Shown piece after piece: positions 1-9,819 of a stretch of DNA of 50,371 nt (position 1 is the stretch's first letter; each line of letters opens with the position of its first letter). The notes below the pieces were generated by a model. It was not told the origin of the DNA, did no database searches, and was given only the letters and a program-made list of their open reading frames with translations. A program made the position numbers and the translations under genes. The stretch is from contig SESX01000001.1 of NCBI GenBank assembly GCA_004367365.1, positions 1-50,371 of the forward strand. The letters are read 5' to 3'. This DNA is from Candidatus Acetocimmeria pyornia (lineage in GTDB: Bacteria > Bacillota > Sulfobacillia > UBA3575).

Positions 1-124
1 TGCCACCGGAGCTTACCGTCTTGAGCGAAGAGTTAAGCAAGGTTGATGAGCTTCTAGACGACGAAAAGTCACGTGTTTTACCAACGGGGATCAACTTTTC
101 GATTAACCAAGGGTGGCACCCCTC

Positions 125-148
125 GGGACCGATGTCGGTCCCTTTTTT
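125..148 (+). terminator. Rho-independent terminator of an upstream transcript that is cut off by the window edge
   Basis: GGGACC-gatgtc-GGTCCC hairpin followed directly by TTTTTT. Confidence 0.6.
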
Positions 149-201
149 GCTTGGCCCTGCGTATAATGTTAGGGTAAGCTTCCGGCCGAAGGGGGTTTTC
201 T

Positions 202-1194
202 ATGAAAAGCCCAGTAGAAGAGAAACAAAAGAGGGAACCCGGCAAAGCTAATTCCACCGAGGAGGTTCTTGAACTCCTGGAGGCCGGCGAGATTTCGGCA
301 TCGGAGGCTTTTGTCCTGTTTCAAAAGCTCGACCGCACCGAGGCCCAAAACGGCCGGGCTGAGGTTGACAGTTCGGACTGGAAACGTCTTGAAGAAGCCA
401 TGCAGGAGTTGGACAGCTTAATCGGGCTGGAAAGTGTTAAGAAGCTCGTGAAGGAACTGGGAGCCTTCGTGCAAATCCAGAAAAAGCGGGCCGAACAGCA
501 GCTGGCCACTGAACCCTTGGTCCTGCACATGGTTTTCAAAGGAAACCCCGGTACAGGTAAGACCACGGTGGCGCGGATTCTGGGGAAGATCTTTCGAGAA
601 ATGGGTGTCTTGCCGAAGGGTCACCTGGTTGAAGTGGAAAGGGCTGACCTCGTTGGTGAGTACATTGGGCATACGGCACAGAAAACCCGCGAACAGTTGG
701 AACGTGCAATGGGAGGAATCCTGTTTATTGATGAAGCCTATTCCCTGGCCAGGGGGGGTGAAAAGGATTTCGGAAAAGAGGCTATCGATACCCTGGTCAA
801 ATCCATGGAGGATAACAAAGAGAACCTGTTGTTAATCCTTGCCGGCTACATGAAGGAAATGGACTGGTTCTTACGTAGCAACCCCGGACTGCGTTCCCGT
901 TTCCCGATCCATATTGAGTTTCCAGACTATACGGCTGAAGAATTGATGAAAATAGCGGACTTGATGTTGAAGAGACGGCAGTACCGGCTCACTCCAGGAG
1001 CAAGACAGAAACTGGCAGGTATTCTCCGGAGGCAAGCCAGTATGGTCGGGGATAAGAAAGGCAATGCCCGCGATGTTAGAAACATCATCGAACAGGCCAT
1101 ACGAAGCCAGGCCGTGCGATTGGTTGACAAGCCAAAACTTACCCGGGAGGAGCTAATACTGATAACCGAGGACGACATCGAGGAGGTGTCGTAA
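202..1194 (+). CDS. spoVK: Stage V sporulation protein K-like AAA+ ATPase (CbbX/SpoVK family)
   Basis: Walker A in MVFKGNPGTGKTTVARILGKIF. Long near-identical blocks to B. subtilis SpoVK as recalled (VEVERADLVGEYIGHTAQKT, GGILFIDEAYSLARGGEKDFGKEAID, NPGLRSRFP). GGGGG RBS 6 nt before the ATG. Confidence 0.9.
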   Translation: MKSPVEEKQKREPGKANSTEEVLELLEAGEISASEAFVLFQKLDRTEAQNGRAEVDSSDWKRLEEAMQELDSLIGLESVKKLVKELGAFVQIQKKRAEQQLATEPLVLHMVFKGNPGTGKTTVARILGKIFREMGVLPKGHLVEVERADLVGEYIGHTAQKTREQLERAMGGILFIDEAYSLARGGEKDFGKEAIDTLVKSMEDNKENLLLILAGYMKEMDWFLRSNPGLRSRFPIHIEFPDYTAEELMKIADLMLKRRQYRLTPGARQKLAGILRRQASMVGDKKGNARDVRNIIEQAIRSQAVRLVDKPKLTREELILITEDDIEEVS

Positions 1195-1197
1195 CCG

Positions 1198-1806
1198 GTG
1201 AAGGATTGCCTTATTGTAGGTCAGGCCAATGTGGGCAAGACACTTTTTTTGATCAATTTTGCTGGTTTCATGGGTATTAAGAAACTAGAGGTATGTACCC
1301 GTTACCCGGACGGAACCCAGCAGTATATGGCTTACCCTCCTGACCAAGCGAGAAAGGTCTTGGTAGATGCAGCCCCACATAAAACAAGATGCCTGCACAG
1401 CCTGGTCCTGACCGTTCCCCGGGGCAAGGTGAAAAGGAACTTCCGGATCACAGATACCTGCGGTCTCACGGACCAAATCCACCAAGACGAGGATGTACGT
1501 AAGGCCATGGCCCAGACCCTTTCTTATCTCAAGGGGGCCGAGATCGTGCTTCACATGGTGGATGCGGCCGCAGTTGGGCGAGCCGGTGGGGTTGATGCGG
1601 TGGGCGAGATTGACCTTCAGGTAGCCCGTTTTGCTTCCTATTACGCCCAATATGCCATGCTTGCCAACAAGATGGACCTCCCTATGGCGCGGGTTGGCTT
1701 GATTAAGCTCAAGGAAGAATTCAGAAGACACCACATTATCCCGGTCTCTGCCCTTGAGAAAAGAGGGTTCACGGAGGTGAAAGCCTTTGTCGCCCGCCAT
1801 CTTTGA
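1198..1806 (+). CDS. Small stand-alone P-loop GTPase occupying the hflX/ynbA position, but G domain only
   Basis: G1 GQANVGKT, G3 DTCG, G4 NKMD, G5 SAL. GTG start 4 nt after the spoVK stop, with a GAGGAGGTG RBS. Confidence 0.75.
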   Translation: MKDCLIVGQANVGKTLFLINFAGFMGIKKLEVCTRYPDGTQQYMAYPPDQARKVLVDAAPHKTRCLHSLVLTVPRGKVKRNFRITDTCGLTDQIHQDEDVRKAMAQTLSYLKGAEIVLHMVDAAAVGRAGGVDAVGEIDLQVARFASYYAQYAMLANKMDLPMARVGLIKLKEEFRRHHIIPVSALEKRGFTEVKAFVARHL

Positions 1807-2404
1807 GGTCGGCAGGAGGTTCCTGGCGGTCCTCTTAGTCGGCCTGGCCATCAAGCTCATGGATGACTCCCTAGACATAGAAGAGGACCAGGCTTTCGGA
1901 AAGGTTAACCTGGTGGCAGCTGTTTTCGGCCCGGGGGCAACGGCTTATGCCTTGGTTTGCCTGGCCTTGGCCGCAACACTAAAGGCAGACCTGGTGCTTC
2001 CTCTTTTCCTGGCCAGCTATCTTCTGGGAATGGGGTGGAATCTGAGGGAGCGTCTCCCTTCTGGGTTGCCCACCTGGGGTGAAGGTGTGGTGTGCCTGCT
2101 GGTGATGTACTGGTTTTGGGGCATGCACATGACCCTCTTCGCGTTAGCCAGTGTTGGTGCTGTTGAACTCTTGGATGATTACCTCGACTCATGCCGTCTC
2201 CAGGGTGCAGGCTGCAGCGCAGGACGGCTGACCCATAGCCTGGGTCAGATGGAAACCCTAATGCTTGCCGTGGTCCTTCTTCTGGGTAGTTTCCTTCTTC
2301 AACCCACCAACTCTGTCATTGTACTGGTCACAACACTGGGTCTTTTCTTGGTGGAGTATTGGATCGGAAGGAGGATCGGGCTGTGCCAGAAATCATCGTC
2401 TTGA
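1787..2404 (+). CDS. Polytopic membrane protein of unknown function with two acidic DDxxD-like motifs
   Basis: Hydrophobic throughout. Motifs LMDDSLDIEED and ELLDDYLD. TTG start with a GGAGGTG RBS, overlapping the GTPase 3' end by 20 nt. Confidence 0.6.
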   Translation: MSPAIFEVGRRFLAVLLVGLAIKLMDDSLDIEEDQAFGKVNLVAAVFGPGATAYALVCLALAATLKADLVLPLFLASYLLGMGWNLRERLPSGLPTWGEGVVCLLVMYWFWGMHMTLFALASVGAVELLDDYLDSCRLQGAGCSAGRLTHSLGQMETLMLAVVLLLGSFLLQPTNSVIVLVTTLGLFLVEYWIGRRIGLCQKSSS

Positions 2405-2631
2405 TAGTTCTTGTACTCCTGACTGGTTTTCTTACTGGTTATGCCCTGGGACGCCGAATAGGTAGAACAGAAGGTGAAAAGGCCGGGGCAGCAAAGGAAG
2501 GTATAGAACTAAGGGAGGATGTTCTCAAGAGAGGCGTGTGCCGGGTGTGTGGAATGAAGGTGGTAAAGAAGGAAAAGGTAGAAGAAAAGGAAGAAATAAT
2601 CCGGAGGAGACAAGATGTTACTGGTCATTGA
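2383..2631 (+). CDS. Small N-terminally membrane-anchored protein with a K/E-rich tail
   Basis: GTG at 2383 with a GGAAGGAGGA RBS 7 nt upstream. One TM segment (IIVLIVLVLLTGFLTGYAL). Overlaps the end of the previous CDS. Confidence 0.45.
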   Translation: MPEIIVLIVLVLLTGFLTGYALGRRIGRTEGEKAGAAKEGIELREDVLKRGVCRVCGMKVVKKEKVEEKEEIIRRRQDVTGH

Positions 2632-2878
2632 GAACCTTGTTGGAAAAGTACACGTAAGACCCAGGCCAATTCAGCAGGACCTCCAAATACCGGAAGGACA
2701 AGCACTCAAGACCGAACCTAACTATAGATACACCACTTGCCGAGCTTGCGACGTACGGTACGTCAAACAGTTTAGGTTTCATACCCCCTGACCACCTTGC
2801 GACAACAGCGGAGGTAATCACAAATCAACCGTAGAATACAAGACACAGGAAGGGGTTTCCAAAGGAAAGTGAGACCTG

Positions 2879-4102
2879 TTGCACACCAAAGTCCCAAAGC
2901 AGATTCTGGGCGTCGCCCTAGTAACAGCCATATGTCTGGTCGGAGATTCAATGCTTTACATTACTCTGCCTGTTCTCTGGGGGGATGTCGGCCTGAAATC
3001 CGTCTGGCAGGTTGGGGTCTTGCTGTCCCTGAACCGCTTTATCAGGCTACCGGCCAACCCCCTTGTGGGGATTGTTTACCAGAAGATACCCTTACGAACA
3101 GGATTGTTTCTCGCCGTTTCGGCCGCAGCAATTTCGACTATCGGGTACGGAATTGCCGATAGTTTTGTAGTTTGGATTTTGCTCCGCAGCCTTTGGGGGA
3201 TCGGTTGGAGTTTTCTGCAGATTGGGAGCTACCTGGTCGTTGTTGAGTTTTCTGAAGATGCCAGCCGTGGAAAAGCCATGGGGACTTATAACGGCCTCTA
3301 CAGGTTAGGCAGTCTGTTTGGTATGACCGCAGGGCCGTTCCTGGTTCACTGGTTTGGCCTTGAGAAGACCTCCATTTTTTTGGGATTGCTCAGCTTAAGT
3401 CTAGGCATAATCTTGGTAACGGTGCTGCTCCCTCGGCTTGACTCGGCCAGAGGCGAGGTGATGACCAAAAGGGAACAGGCTTGGCCCATACTGATAAAGG
3501 AGAACTTTTTGATTGTTGCTTCCGGGTTTATCATCGGTACGTGTTTTCGGGGTGTTATCAATTCCAGCCTCAGCTATACCATTCTCACTTACTTTACCGA
3601 TCAGATTGTTCTCTTTGGGTTAGCCTTCACTGCTGCCGGGCTGGCCGGTCTTTTGTTGGGGCTTCGTTGGGCTTGGGAGCCTTTCTTGGCCGTCTACATG
3701 GGACACTGGTCAGATACCGCAGGGAGAATCCCCCTGCTAAAGCTTTCCCTCTTGGTGGGTTCCATGGGCTTTACACTGCTGGCCTTCAGTTTACCCAAGG
3801 AAATCTGGATCTTGTCGGTCCTGGTTCTGCTGTTTTCGGCGACATCCCTGACCACCCTTGCTGATACCTTGCTTTCTGACTCTGCTGCCACTCTTTCAGC
3901 ACCAAGGGCGTATCTTGTGGCCACGTACTCAATGGCAGCGGATTTTGGGGCCGCAGTGGGTCCCATGCTTGCCTATTTTCTCTTGGATAAACCGCAGGGA
4001 ATTATGCTCACATACCTGAGCTGTGCATTGGTCCTGGCGGCCTTGATCCCAGCCTGGTCAAAGGTGAGAAGGAGGTGGGGAACCCCATTCTTTCAGGGAT
4101 AG
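2879..4102 (+). CDS. MFS transporter
   Basis: 407 aa with about 12 hydrophobic segments. MFS-like loop motifs (GRLADRFG-type region: LNRFIRLPANPLVG). Confidence 0.8.
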   Translation: MHTKVPKQILGVALVTAICLVGDSMLYITLPVLWGDVGLKSVWQVGVLLSLNRFIRLPANPLVGIVYQKIPLRTGLFLAVSAAAISTIGYGIADSFVVWILLRSLWGIGWSFLQIGSYLVVVEFSEDASRGKAMGTYNGLYRLGSLFGMTAGPFLVHWFGLEKTSIFLGLLSLSLGIILVTVLLPRLDSARGEVMTKREQAWPILIKENFLIVASGFIIGTCFRGVINSSLSYTILTYFTDQIVLFGLAFTAAGLAGLLLGLRWAWEPFLAVYMGHWSDTAGRIPLLKLSLLVGSMGFTLLAFSLPKEIWILSVLVLLFSATSLTTLADTLLSDSAATLSAPRAYLVATYSMAADFGAAVGPMLAYFLLDKPQGIMLTYLSCALVLAALIPAWSKVRRRWGTPFFQG

Positions 4103-4274
4103 CTGCCACCTGAGAAAGAAAGGCAGAAAAACCGGGAGGAGGTTCTTGCCATGTAAGGAAAAATTAAAGCGCGGATGTTGGGAGTGCCCCAATTTGAGTT
4201 AACATAAAAGGTAAAAGCGTGTATGCAAGGAACAGGTGGTATTATCTGGCTTGGCATTTAGGTAAAAGTAACTA

Positions 4275-4460
4275 GGGCTCTATGCCCCCTTGTGGTGCGG
4301 CGGCACCACGAAGGATGAAAATTGGAAGCGGTATTTCGCAAAGGTTGTACGCCAGGGGTCCTCAGGAACGAGACGCTCCGGCCGCAGGCCCGGAGGGCCG
4401 AGGAATAAGGAAGGCGAGTGGAGGTGCACCTCTGGCGAGGCAGATGGTGGCATTTTCGTA
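4275..4460 (-). repeat. Interspersed structured repeat, type A unit (consensus orientation on the minus strand)
   Basis: The reverse complement aligns over nearly its full length with 25379-25568 and 49573-49772. It starts TACGAAAATGCCAC and ends ATTTTCATCCTTCGTGGTGCCGCCGCACC..GGGGGCATAGAGCCC. Confidence 0.9.
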
Positions 4461-4487
4461 GAAGTAAACAGTAAAAGGGGGATAACC

Positions 4488-5462
4488 TTGGGTCAAGGGG
4501 TAGTGCTCTTCGCGGACAAGATTGAGATGACAAAAGAGGCTGTAGAAACCATCAGCACCGTAGGCAAAATAGTTTACCTCGATACTCAATCCCAGGAGGA
4601 ATTAACCGAAAGATTCAAGGAAGCAACCGTGGTGGTTTCCGAGTATACCAAGATTACGAGGGAACTAATCAATAGTGCTCCCATGTTAAAGGGAATTGTG
4701 GTTTGTGGTGTTGGTTACGATCATATTGACGTCGGGGCGGCCAGAGAAAAAAAGGTCTATGTTACCAACACCCGTGGTTCGAACGCAGAGGCAGTGGCCG
4801 AGTTGGTCTTTTCTTTTATGCTTCATTTTTGCCGCCAGGCTTTGGGTGGTGATCACTTTATCAGGAAAGGCCATTGGAGAAGTCAACATACCGGGGATTT
4901 ACCGGAATTTCTTTTGGGTATGGAGTTGGAGGGAAAGACCCTGGGGACAATAGGTCTTGGTGCGATTGGTCGGCGTGTGGCCCAAATAGGCAAGTGCTTC
5001 GGCATGGATGTTCTCGGGCACGACCCGTACCTTGAACCCAGTAATGCAGAAGGTATTGGGATTAAGATGGTTGGCCTTGAAGACCTTTTCAGGCAGGCAG
5101 ATTTTGTTACCATCCACGTTCCCGCTACGAGCGAAACCAGGAAGATGGTTGGTTCAAGGCTTCTGAACTTGATGAAGAAAACTGCTTTCTTTATTAATTG
5201 TTCACGGGGAAGCATTGTCGACGAACCTGCATTAATTGAGGCCCTGCGGTCACGGACCATCGGTGGAGCTGCACTCGATGTCTTCGAGCAGGAACCACTG
5301 GCGCCCGACAGCCTACTCCTGTCCCTAGACAATGTCATCCTCACTCCACATATCGGAGGCTACACAAAAGAGGCCATTAGGAAAACATCCCTAGTCGTGG
5401 CGGAACAGTGTGCAAAAATCCTTAAAGGGGAAATACCTCCGAATGTGGTAAATAAGTGGTGA
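4488..5462 (+). CDS. D-isomer-specific 2-hydroxyacid dehydrogenase (PGDH/GyaR-like)
   Basis: NAD fold GTIGLGAIGRRVA, catalytic region NCSRG..D, and HIGGYT. The ORF track starts at 4290, but that N-terminus lies in the repeat. I prefer the TTG at 4488 with an AAAGGGGG RBS 6 nt upstream. Confidence 0.85.
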   Translation: MGQGVVLFADKIEMTKEAVETISTVGKIVYLDTQSQEELTERFKEATVVVSEYTKITRELINSAPMLKGIVVCGVGYDHIDVGAAREKKVYVTNTRGSNAEAVAELVFSFMLHFCRQALGGDHFIRKGHWRSQHTGDLPEFLLGMELEGKTLGTIGLGAIGRRVAQIGKCFGMDVLGHDPYLEPSNAEGIGIKMVGLEDLFRQADFVTIHVPATSETRKMVGSRLLNLMKKTAFFINCSRGSIVDEPALIEALRSRTIGGAALDVFEQEPLAPDSLLLSLDNVILTPHIGGYTKEAIRKTSLVVAEQCAKILKGEIPPNVVNKW

Positions 5463-5632
5463 TTACCCTGGCACCAACCGGTTCACTTTCCTGTGGGTTG
5501 CAAGACTGCCGGGTGTCCTTACCAGTCCATCATTAATGGTTACACCGAGGGAAACGCCTGATACTTCTTGCGGGGGTCGCCACAGCGACACTACCTAATA
5601 CAATGAGCCTGAAATTTAGGGGAGGTTCCTTG

Positions 5633-6919
5633 ATGCCAGATCGTGCCAAGAAGCAGGCCAGATTACTCCTTGAAGGGTTTACTGCCGGTAAGTATGTTTT
5701 TGGATTAAACGTTCTGGACCAGGTCGGTTCAGTGGCATGTCAACTCGGGGATAAGGCACTGATCATTGCCAATCCGAGCCCTTGGCTAAAACCCATCGTC
5801 GACCGTGTCAGGGATTCGCTTAAAGAAAACGGTGTGGAGATAGTTGGGGGAGGGGCCCTACCTGGTGCCAGACCTAATACCCCTAGAGAAGACGTGTACC
5901 GTATTGAAACCTACATACTCCACCATGAACCTGATTTCCTTATTGCATTAGGGGCGGGAAGCACCATTGATGCGGTTAAAGCTGCCAATGTTCTTGCCAC
6001 CCTGGGAACATACAGTGCTGAGCTGGACACCTATTTTGGGACCGGGCAGGTTACCAAGGTGCTGCAAGCAACAGGCAAAAAGCTCTTTCCTCTGCTGGCG
6101 ATAGAAACTGCCGCAAGCTCTGGTGCCCACTTGACCAAGTACAGTAATGTCACCGACCCCGTGGTCGGCCAGAAGAAGCTCATCGTTGATGATGCCGTTG
6201 TTCCTAACCGTGCCGTGTTTGACTACACTGTTACCTATCATATGCCTAGGTCCCTCACTCTTGATGGTGCCTTTGATGGGATTGCGCATTGTTTAGAGGT
6301 CTTTTATGGGGCTACTGAAGACAAGTTCGACAGGATCAAGAATATTGCTCTCACAGGAATTGAATTGATTGTTAACTACACGGAAAGGGTTATTGAAGAC
6401 CCCAGGGATGGTGAAGCACGAGAAGCCCTCGGTCTCGGTACCGACTTGGGGGGATATGCCATTATGGTGGGAGGGACCAACGGGGCTCATCTAACCAGCT
6501 TTTCTCTCGTCGATATCACCAGTCACGGCAGGGCGTGTGCCATTATGAACCCGTACTATACGGTGTTTTTTGCTCCGGCGATTCAGAGACAGCTGAAATT
6601 GGTGGCTGAAATATTGAGAAGGGTAGGACTCACGAGCATTGACCCGGATCAGGTTCACGGCCGGGAACTGGGGATCGAGGTGGCCCGGGCCATGCAGGAG
6701 CTGGCCAAAAGGGTAGGGTTTCCCACGACACTTGCCGATGTACCTGGGTTTTCTCAACGGCATCTTGAAAGGGCATTGGCTGCGGCGAAGGATCCACAGC
6801 TGGAATCAAAGCTCAAGAACATGCCCGTACCGCTGGATGCCTCCCTGGTTGATAAGTATATGGCACCGATTCTCCATGCAGCGGCAAGTGGGGACTTCGG
6901 GATCATTAAGAACATGTAG
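5633..6919 (+). CDS. Iron-containing (group III) alcohol dehydrogenase family protein
   Basis: GGGSTIDAVKA-like motif (GAGSTIDAVKAA) and a conserved His cluster (GIAHCLE, GAHLTS). ATG at 5633 lies 7 nt after an AGGGGAGG RBS. Confidence 0.85.
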   Translation: MPDRAKKQARLLLEGFTAGKYVFGLNVLDQVGSVACQLGDKALIIANPSPWLKPIVDRVRDSLKENGVEIVGGGALPGARPNTPREDVYRIETYILHHEPDFLIALGAGSTIDAVKAANVLATLGTYSAELDTYFGTGQVTKVLQATGKKLFPLLAIETAASSGAHLTKYSNVTDPVVGQKKLIVDDAVVPNRAVFDYTVTYHMPRSLTLDGAFDGIAHCLEVFYGATEDKFDRIKNIALTGIELIVNYTERVIEDPRDGEAREALGLGTDLGGYAIMVGGTNGAHLTSFSLVDITSHGRACAIMNPYYTVFFAPAIQRQLKLVAEILRRVGLTSIDPDQVHGRELGIEVARAMQELAKRVGFPTTLADVPGFSQRHLERALAAAKDPQLESKLKNMPVPLDASLVDKYMAPILHAAASGDFGIIKNM

Positions 6920-7171
6920 ACCGCAACAAGCGGTGGTACCACGAAAGATGAAAATCGGCAACAAACCGGTCGGTACAGTCAGCATCATGGGTACCAACGA
7001 ACGTGAAGGCGCGGGCTTCCTGAATGGCCATCAGCGAACAAGTTCAGGAACCGCAGGCAGCGGAGGACCAACCTCAGCCACCGTAGGGCGAGTTTGGCTG
7101 CTGCCCTGGGCCGGCCGAGGTCCATGACAGACGCTCCGAAGGAAGGTCAGCGCCGTCGGGACATTTTCGTA
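6917..7171 (-). repeat. Interspersed structured repeat, composite unit (type B 5' module plus type A-like 3' module)
   Basis: The reverse complement starts TACGAAAATGTCCCGACGGCGCTGACCTTCCTTCGGAGCGTC and ends GATTTTCATCTTTCGTGGTACCACCGCTTGTTGCGGTCTAC. The terminal CTA is the complement of the ADH stop codon TAG (6917-6919). Confidence 0.8.
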
Positions 7172-7269
7172 GAGTTGGAGGGCAACACCCTGGGGGGGTA
7201 GGTCTTGGGGGAGTCGGCACTAAGAGATTGCAGACCGCCGAAGAGGACTGAACGAAGAGGGTAGGGGAC

Positions 7270-8604
7270 CTACATTTGCCTTCTCATTAAATTAAAACGT
7301 ACAAGTACGAGCAAGTGTGAAGTGAGAGCCAAGATGGTTAGCCCTACCAGTGGTACGTGGAGGACACCTGAGAGCATCACGACAAACAGACGGCCGTCCC
7401 TGTTTCCCAGGAGCAAATTTACCCACGGGCCCTCCTCGGCAGGTAGGTAAGTCCTCCCGGTGGCCGAGCGGAATTTCTCTTTCATCAGCATTGACATGGG
7501 AGCACCTAAAAGGGCTGCGGCACCCAGAACCAGGACCCAAGGGCTGGAGTTCTGAAGGTAGGTTCCCACTGCCATCCCAATCAGAACGACTCCGTCACTG
7601 TAACGGTCCAGAATGGAGTCAAAGAGTTCTCCAAAATGGGAGCGCAAGTACTTCAAGCGTGCCAATTCTCCGTCCACACCGTCGAGAATGGAAGCTATCT
7701 GGGCCAGCAATCCCCCCCACAGAAAAGACCCGAACACGAAGGACACGGCCGACAGGGCGCACAAGAATGCGGTAAACAAGGAAACATGATTGGGAGTGCA
7801 ACCTGTCTGAGCCAGCCTACCGGTTAGGGGGACTGAGAGTTTCCTGTTAAGATACCGAGCTACCAGTCCATCGCGAGGGGAAGGCAGCTGGCCAAGGAGA
7901 AGCTTGCGGGCCCTTTTGGCATCCTCGGGTTGGTCAACATCAATCCACCAGGCATCCCCAATACTGCAGGCGAAAGCCCTTCCCCGGCCTGCCAGTACCC
8001 GGATTCCATCGCTGAGTGTGTATCGCCCTCGGGCTTGGGCTTCGGCCAGGGCTGCGAACAAGGCCGGTGTTGCGTGAAAGACACCACAATCAACTGCACT
8101 AAATTCCTTGATCTCCTTACCGATATCAACTACCCGGTTGTTGTCAGCTACTGTAATCTTGGTGGCTTCCCTAAGATCGGGACGACACGCAAGGTTAAAA
8201 TCGGCTCCCACCAATACTTCACCTGGACCAGGGAGATTTGCCGTCAACTGTTTAAAAACATCTTGAGAGACGATGTGGTCAGCCATGGTCAACAAGAAAG
8301 AAGGCTCTTCCCGGAGAAACTGTTGAGCAGCCAAAACACTGGTCCCGTTCCCGGCAGACCAGCCGGGATGAACCACGACCTGGATCTTCACCCCCAGGTC
8401 GCCTCTTTCCTCGAGATATTGACGGATTTCATCCTGCTGGTAGCCTAGAACCAAAACAATCTCATCTACTCCTGCTTCCCTGAGACCAAAGATTGTCCGT
8501 TCAATTAATGATAGGCCGAGGAGGGGGTAAAGGGGCTTGGGCCCCTTGAAACCACCTGCGCGGAATCGTTTCCCCTCACCTGCGGCAATTACCAGGGCTT
8601 TCAC
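7270..8604 (-). CDS. Bifunctional CTP:inositol-1-phosphate cytidylyltransferase / CDP-inositol:inositol-1-phosphate transferase (IPCT/DIPPS)
   Basis: N-terminal sugar-nucleotidyltransferase fold ([13 protein letters not shown]). C-terminal CDP-alcohol phosphatidyltransferase motif ([30 protein letters not shown]) in a polytopic membrane domain. GTG start overlaps the upstream stop (GTGA). Confidence 0.8.
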   Translation of the reverse strand: MKALVIAAGEGKRFRAGGFKGPKPLYPLLGLSLIERTIFGLREAGVDEIVLVLGYQQDEIRQYLEERGDLGVKIQVVVHPGWSAGNGTSVLAAQQFLREEPSFLLTMADHIVSQDVFKQLTANLPGPGEVLVGADFNLACRPDLREATKITVADNNRVVDIGKEIKEFSAVDCGVFHATPALFAALAEAQARGRYTLSDGIRVLAGRGRAFACSIGDAWWIDVDQPEDAKRARKLLLGQLPSPRDGLVARYLNRKLSVPLTGRLAQTGCTPNHVSLFTAFLCALSAVSFVFGSFLWGGLLAQIASILDGVDGELARLKYLRSHFGELFDSILDRYSDGVVLIGMAVGTYLQNSSPWVLVLGAAALLGAPMSMLMKEKFRSATGRTYLPAEEGPWVNLLLGNRDGRLFVVMLSGVLHVPLVGLTILALTSHLLVLVRFNLMRRQM

Positions 8605-9716
8605 GCCGGTTTCACCCCGGATTCCCCTTGGATAAAGGCTTCCACCATCTTTCGGGCCTCGGAATCGGTGTACTGGACCGGCGGAGACTTCATGGTGTAA
8701 GCAGAGATGGCATCCAATGGCCCTGCCAGACCCCGATCAAGGGCCAATTTCATACACCGAATAGCATCAATGATTGCCCCGCCGCTGTTGGGCGAGTCTT
8801 CAACCGAAAGTTTTAGTTCCAGGTGAAGAGGTACTTTCCCGAACCCTGATCCTTCCATGCGGATGTAGCAGATCTTGTTGTCCTTCAACCATGGTACATA
8901 ATCACTCGGCCCGATGTGAATCTTTTCTTCTGTTAGGGCTTTGTTCATTTCGGACTGGACGGCCTGGGTCTTGGACTTCTTCTTTGACTTCAGACGGCTG
9001 TGGTTGAGCATGTTCAAAAAGTCGGTGTTGCCTCCAAAATTTAGCTGATATGTTTGATGAATTTTTACACCGCGGTCCTCAAAAAGCTTTGTTAGGACCC
9101 GATGGGTAATGGTGGCACCTACCTGGGACTTGACATCATCACCAATAATGGGTAACCCCTTGTCCTCGAACTGACGGGCCCAGTTCGGGTCTGATGCTAT
9201 GAAGACAGGTATGGCGTTGATGAAACCAATGCCAGCTTCAAGGCAAGCCTGCGCATAAAACCTGCTTGCTTCTTCTGAGCCCACGGGTAGATAGTTGATG
9301 AGGAGGTCGGCTCCCGATTCCTTGAGAACCCTCGCAATATCAACCGGTTCATGGTCAGCAAGAATAAAGGTCCTGTCTTCTGGGTAATCCTTCATGTGCT
9401 CGGAATACCCGTCCATAACCGGGCCCATCTGAACGGTTACGGGATAGTCAGGTAAATCAGAATAGAAAACTTCCGTACAATTAGGTTTGGCAAAAATGGC
9501 CTCGCGCAGGGGTTTACCCACTTTTCGAGCGTCGATGTCGAAAGCGGCAACCACTTCAATACTACCCGGCTTATAGCCACCGAGATTGTAGTGCATTAAA
9601 CCAATTGGCTCTTCGACTAAGTCCTTGTCGTTAGAATAAAGCTCAATACCTTGGAGTAATGCGCTGGCACAGTTTCCCACTCCAGCAATGGCAATCTTGA
9701 TTTTTTGGTCACCCAT
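8601..9716 (-). CDS. ino1: myo-Inositol-1-phosphate synthase
   Basis: Close to the actinobacterial Ino1 sequence as recalled: [59 protein letters not shown]. Confidence 0.9.
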   Translation of the reverse strand: MGDQKIKIAIAGVGNCASALLQGIELYSNDKDLVEEPIGLMHYNLGGYKPGSIEVVAAFDIDARKVGKPLREAIFAKPNCTEVFYSDLPDYPVTVQMGPVMDGYSEHMKDYPEDRTFILADHEPVDIARVLKESGADLLINYLPVGSEEASRFYAQACLEAGIGFINAIPVFIASDPNWARQFEDKGLPIIGDDVKSQVGATITHRVLTKLFEDRGVKIHQTYQLNFGGNTDFLNMLNHSRLKSKKKSKTQAVQSEMNKALTEEKIHIGPSDYVPWLKDNKICYIRMEGSGFGKVPLHLELKLSVEDSPNSGGAIIDAIRCMKLALDRGLAGPLDAISAYTMKSPPVQYTDSEARKMVEAFIQGESGVKPA

Positions 9717-9819
9717 ATTTCTTCAACCTCCTTTAAAGTAGTCTTGGTAGTGGGTCCAAGGTATCATTTTGAGCAGAAGAACCATTGGGTTGTAACTTAG
9801 TTGTTCTTGAAAGCTGCCA

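Noticed and set aside
100-148. A T-box-like string (AACCAAGGGTGGCACC) just upstream of the terminator at 125-148. Related GGTGGTACCACG / GGCGGCACCACG strings occur in the repeats.
   Set aside because: It diverges from the T-box core GGGTGGTACCGCG. No Stem I or specifier region is visible (the window edge cuts it off). The downstream gene is spoVK, not an aminoacyl-tRNA-related gene. I treat it as coincidence plus an ordinary terminator.
4290-4487. The 66-codon N-terminal extension of the dehydrogenase ORF (MWCGGTTKDENW...), and the similar-looking peptide MRCGGTTKHENL on 25366-25554
   Set aside because: Both lie inside copies of the interspersed repeat. The similarity is at the nucleotide level and the reading frame shifts between copies after about 12 codons. 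A well-placed SD plus TTG at 4488 gives a normal dehydrogenase N-terminus.
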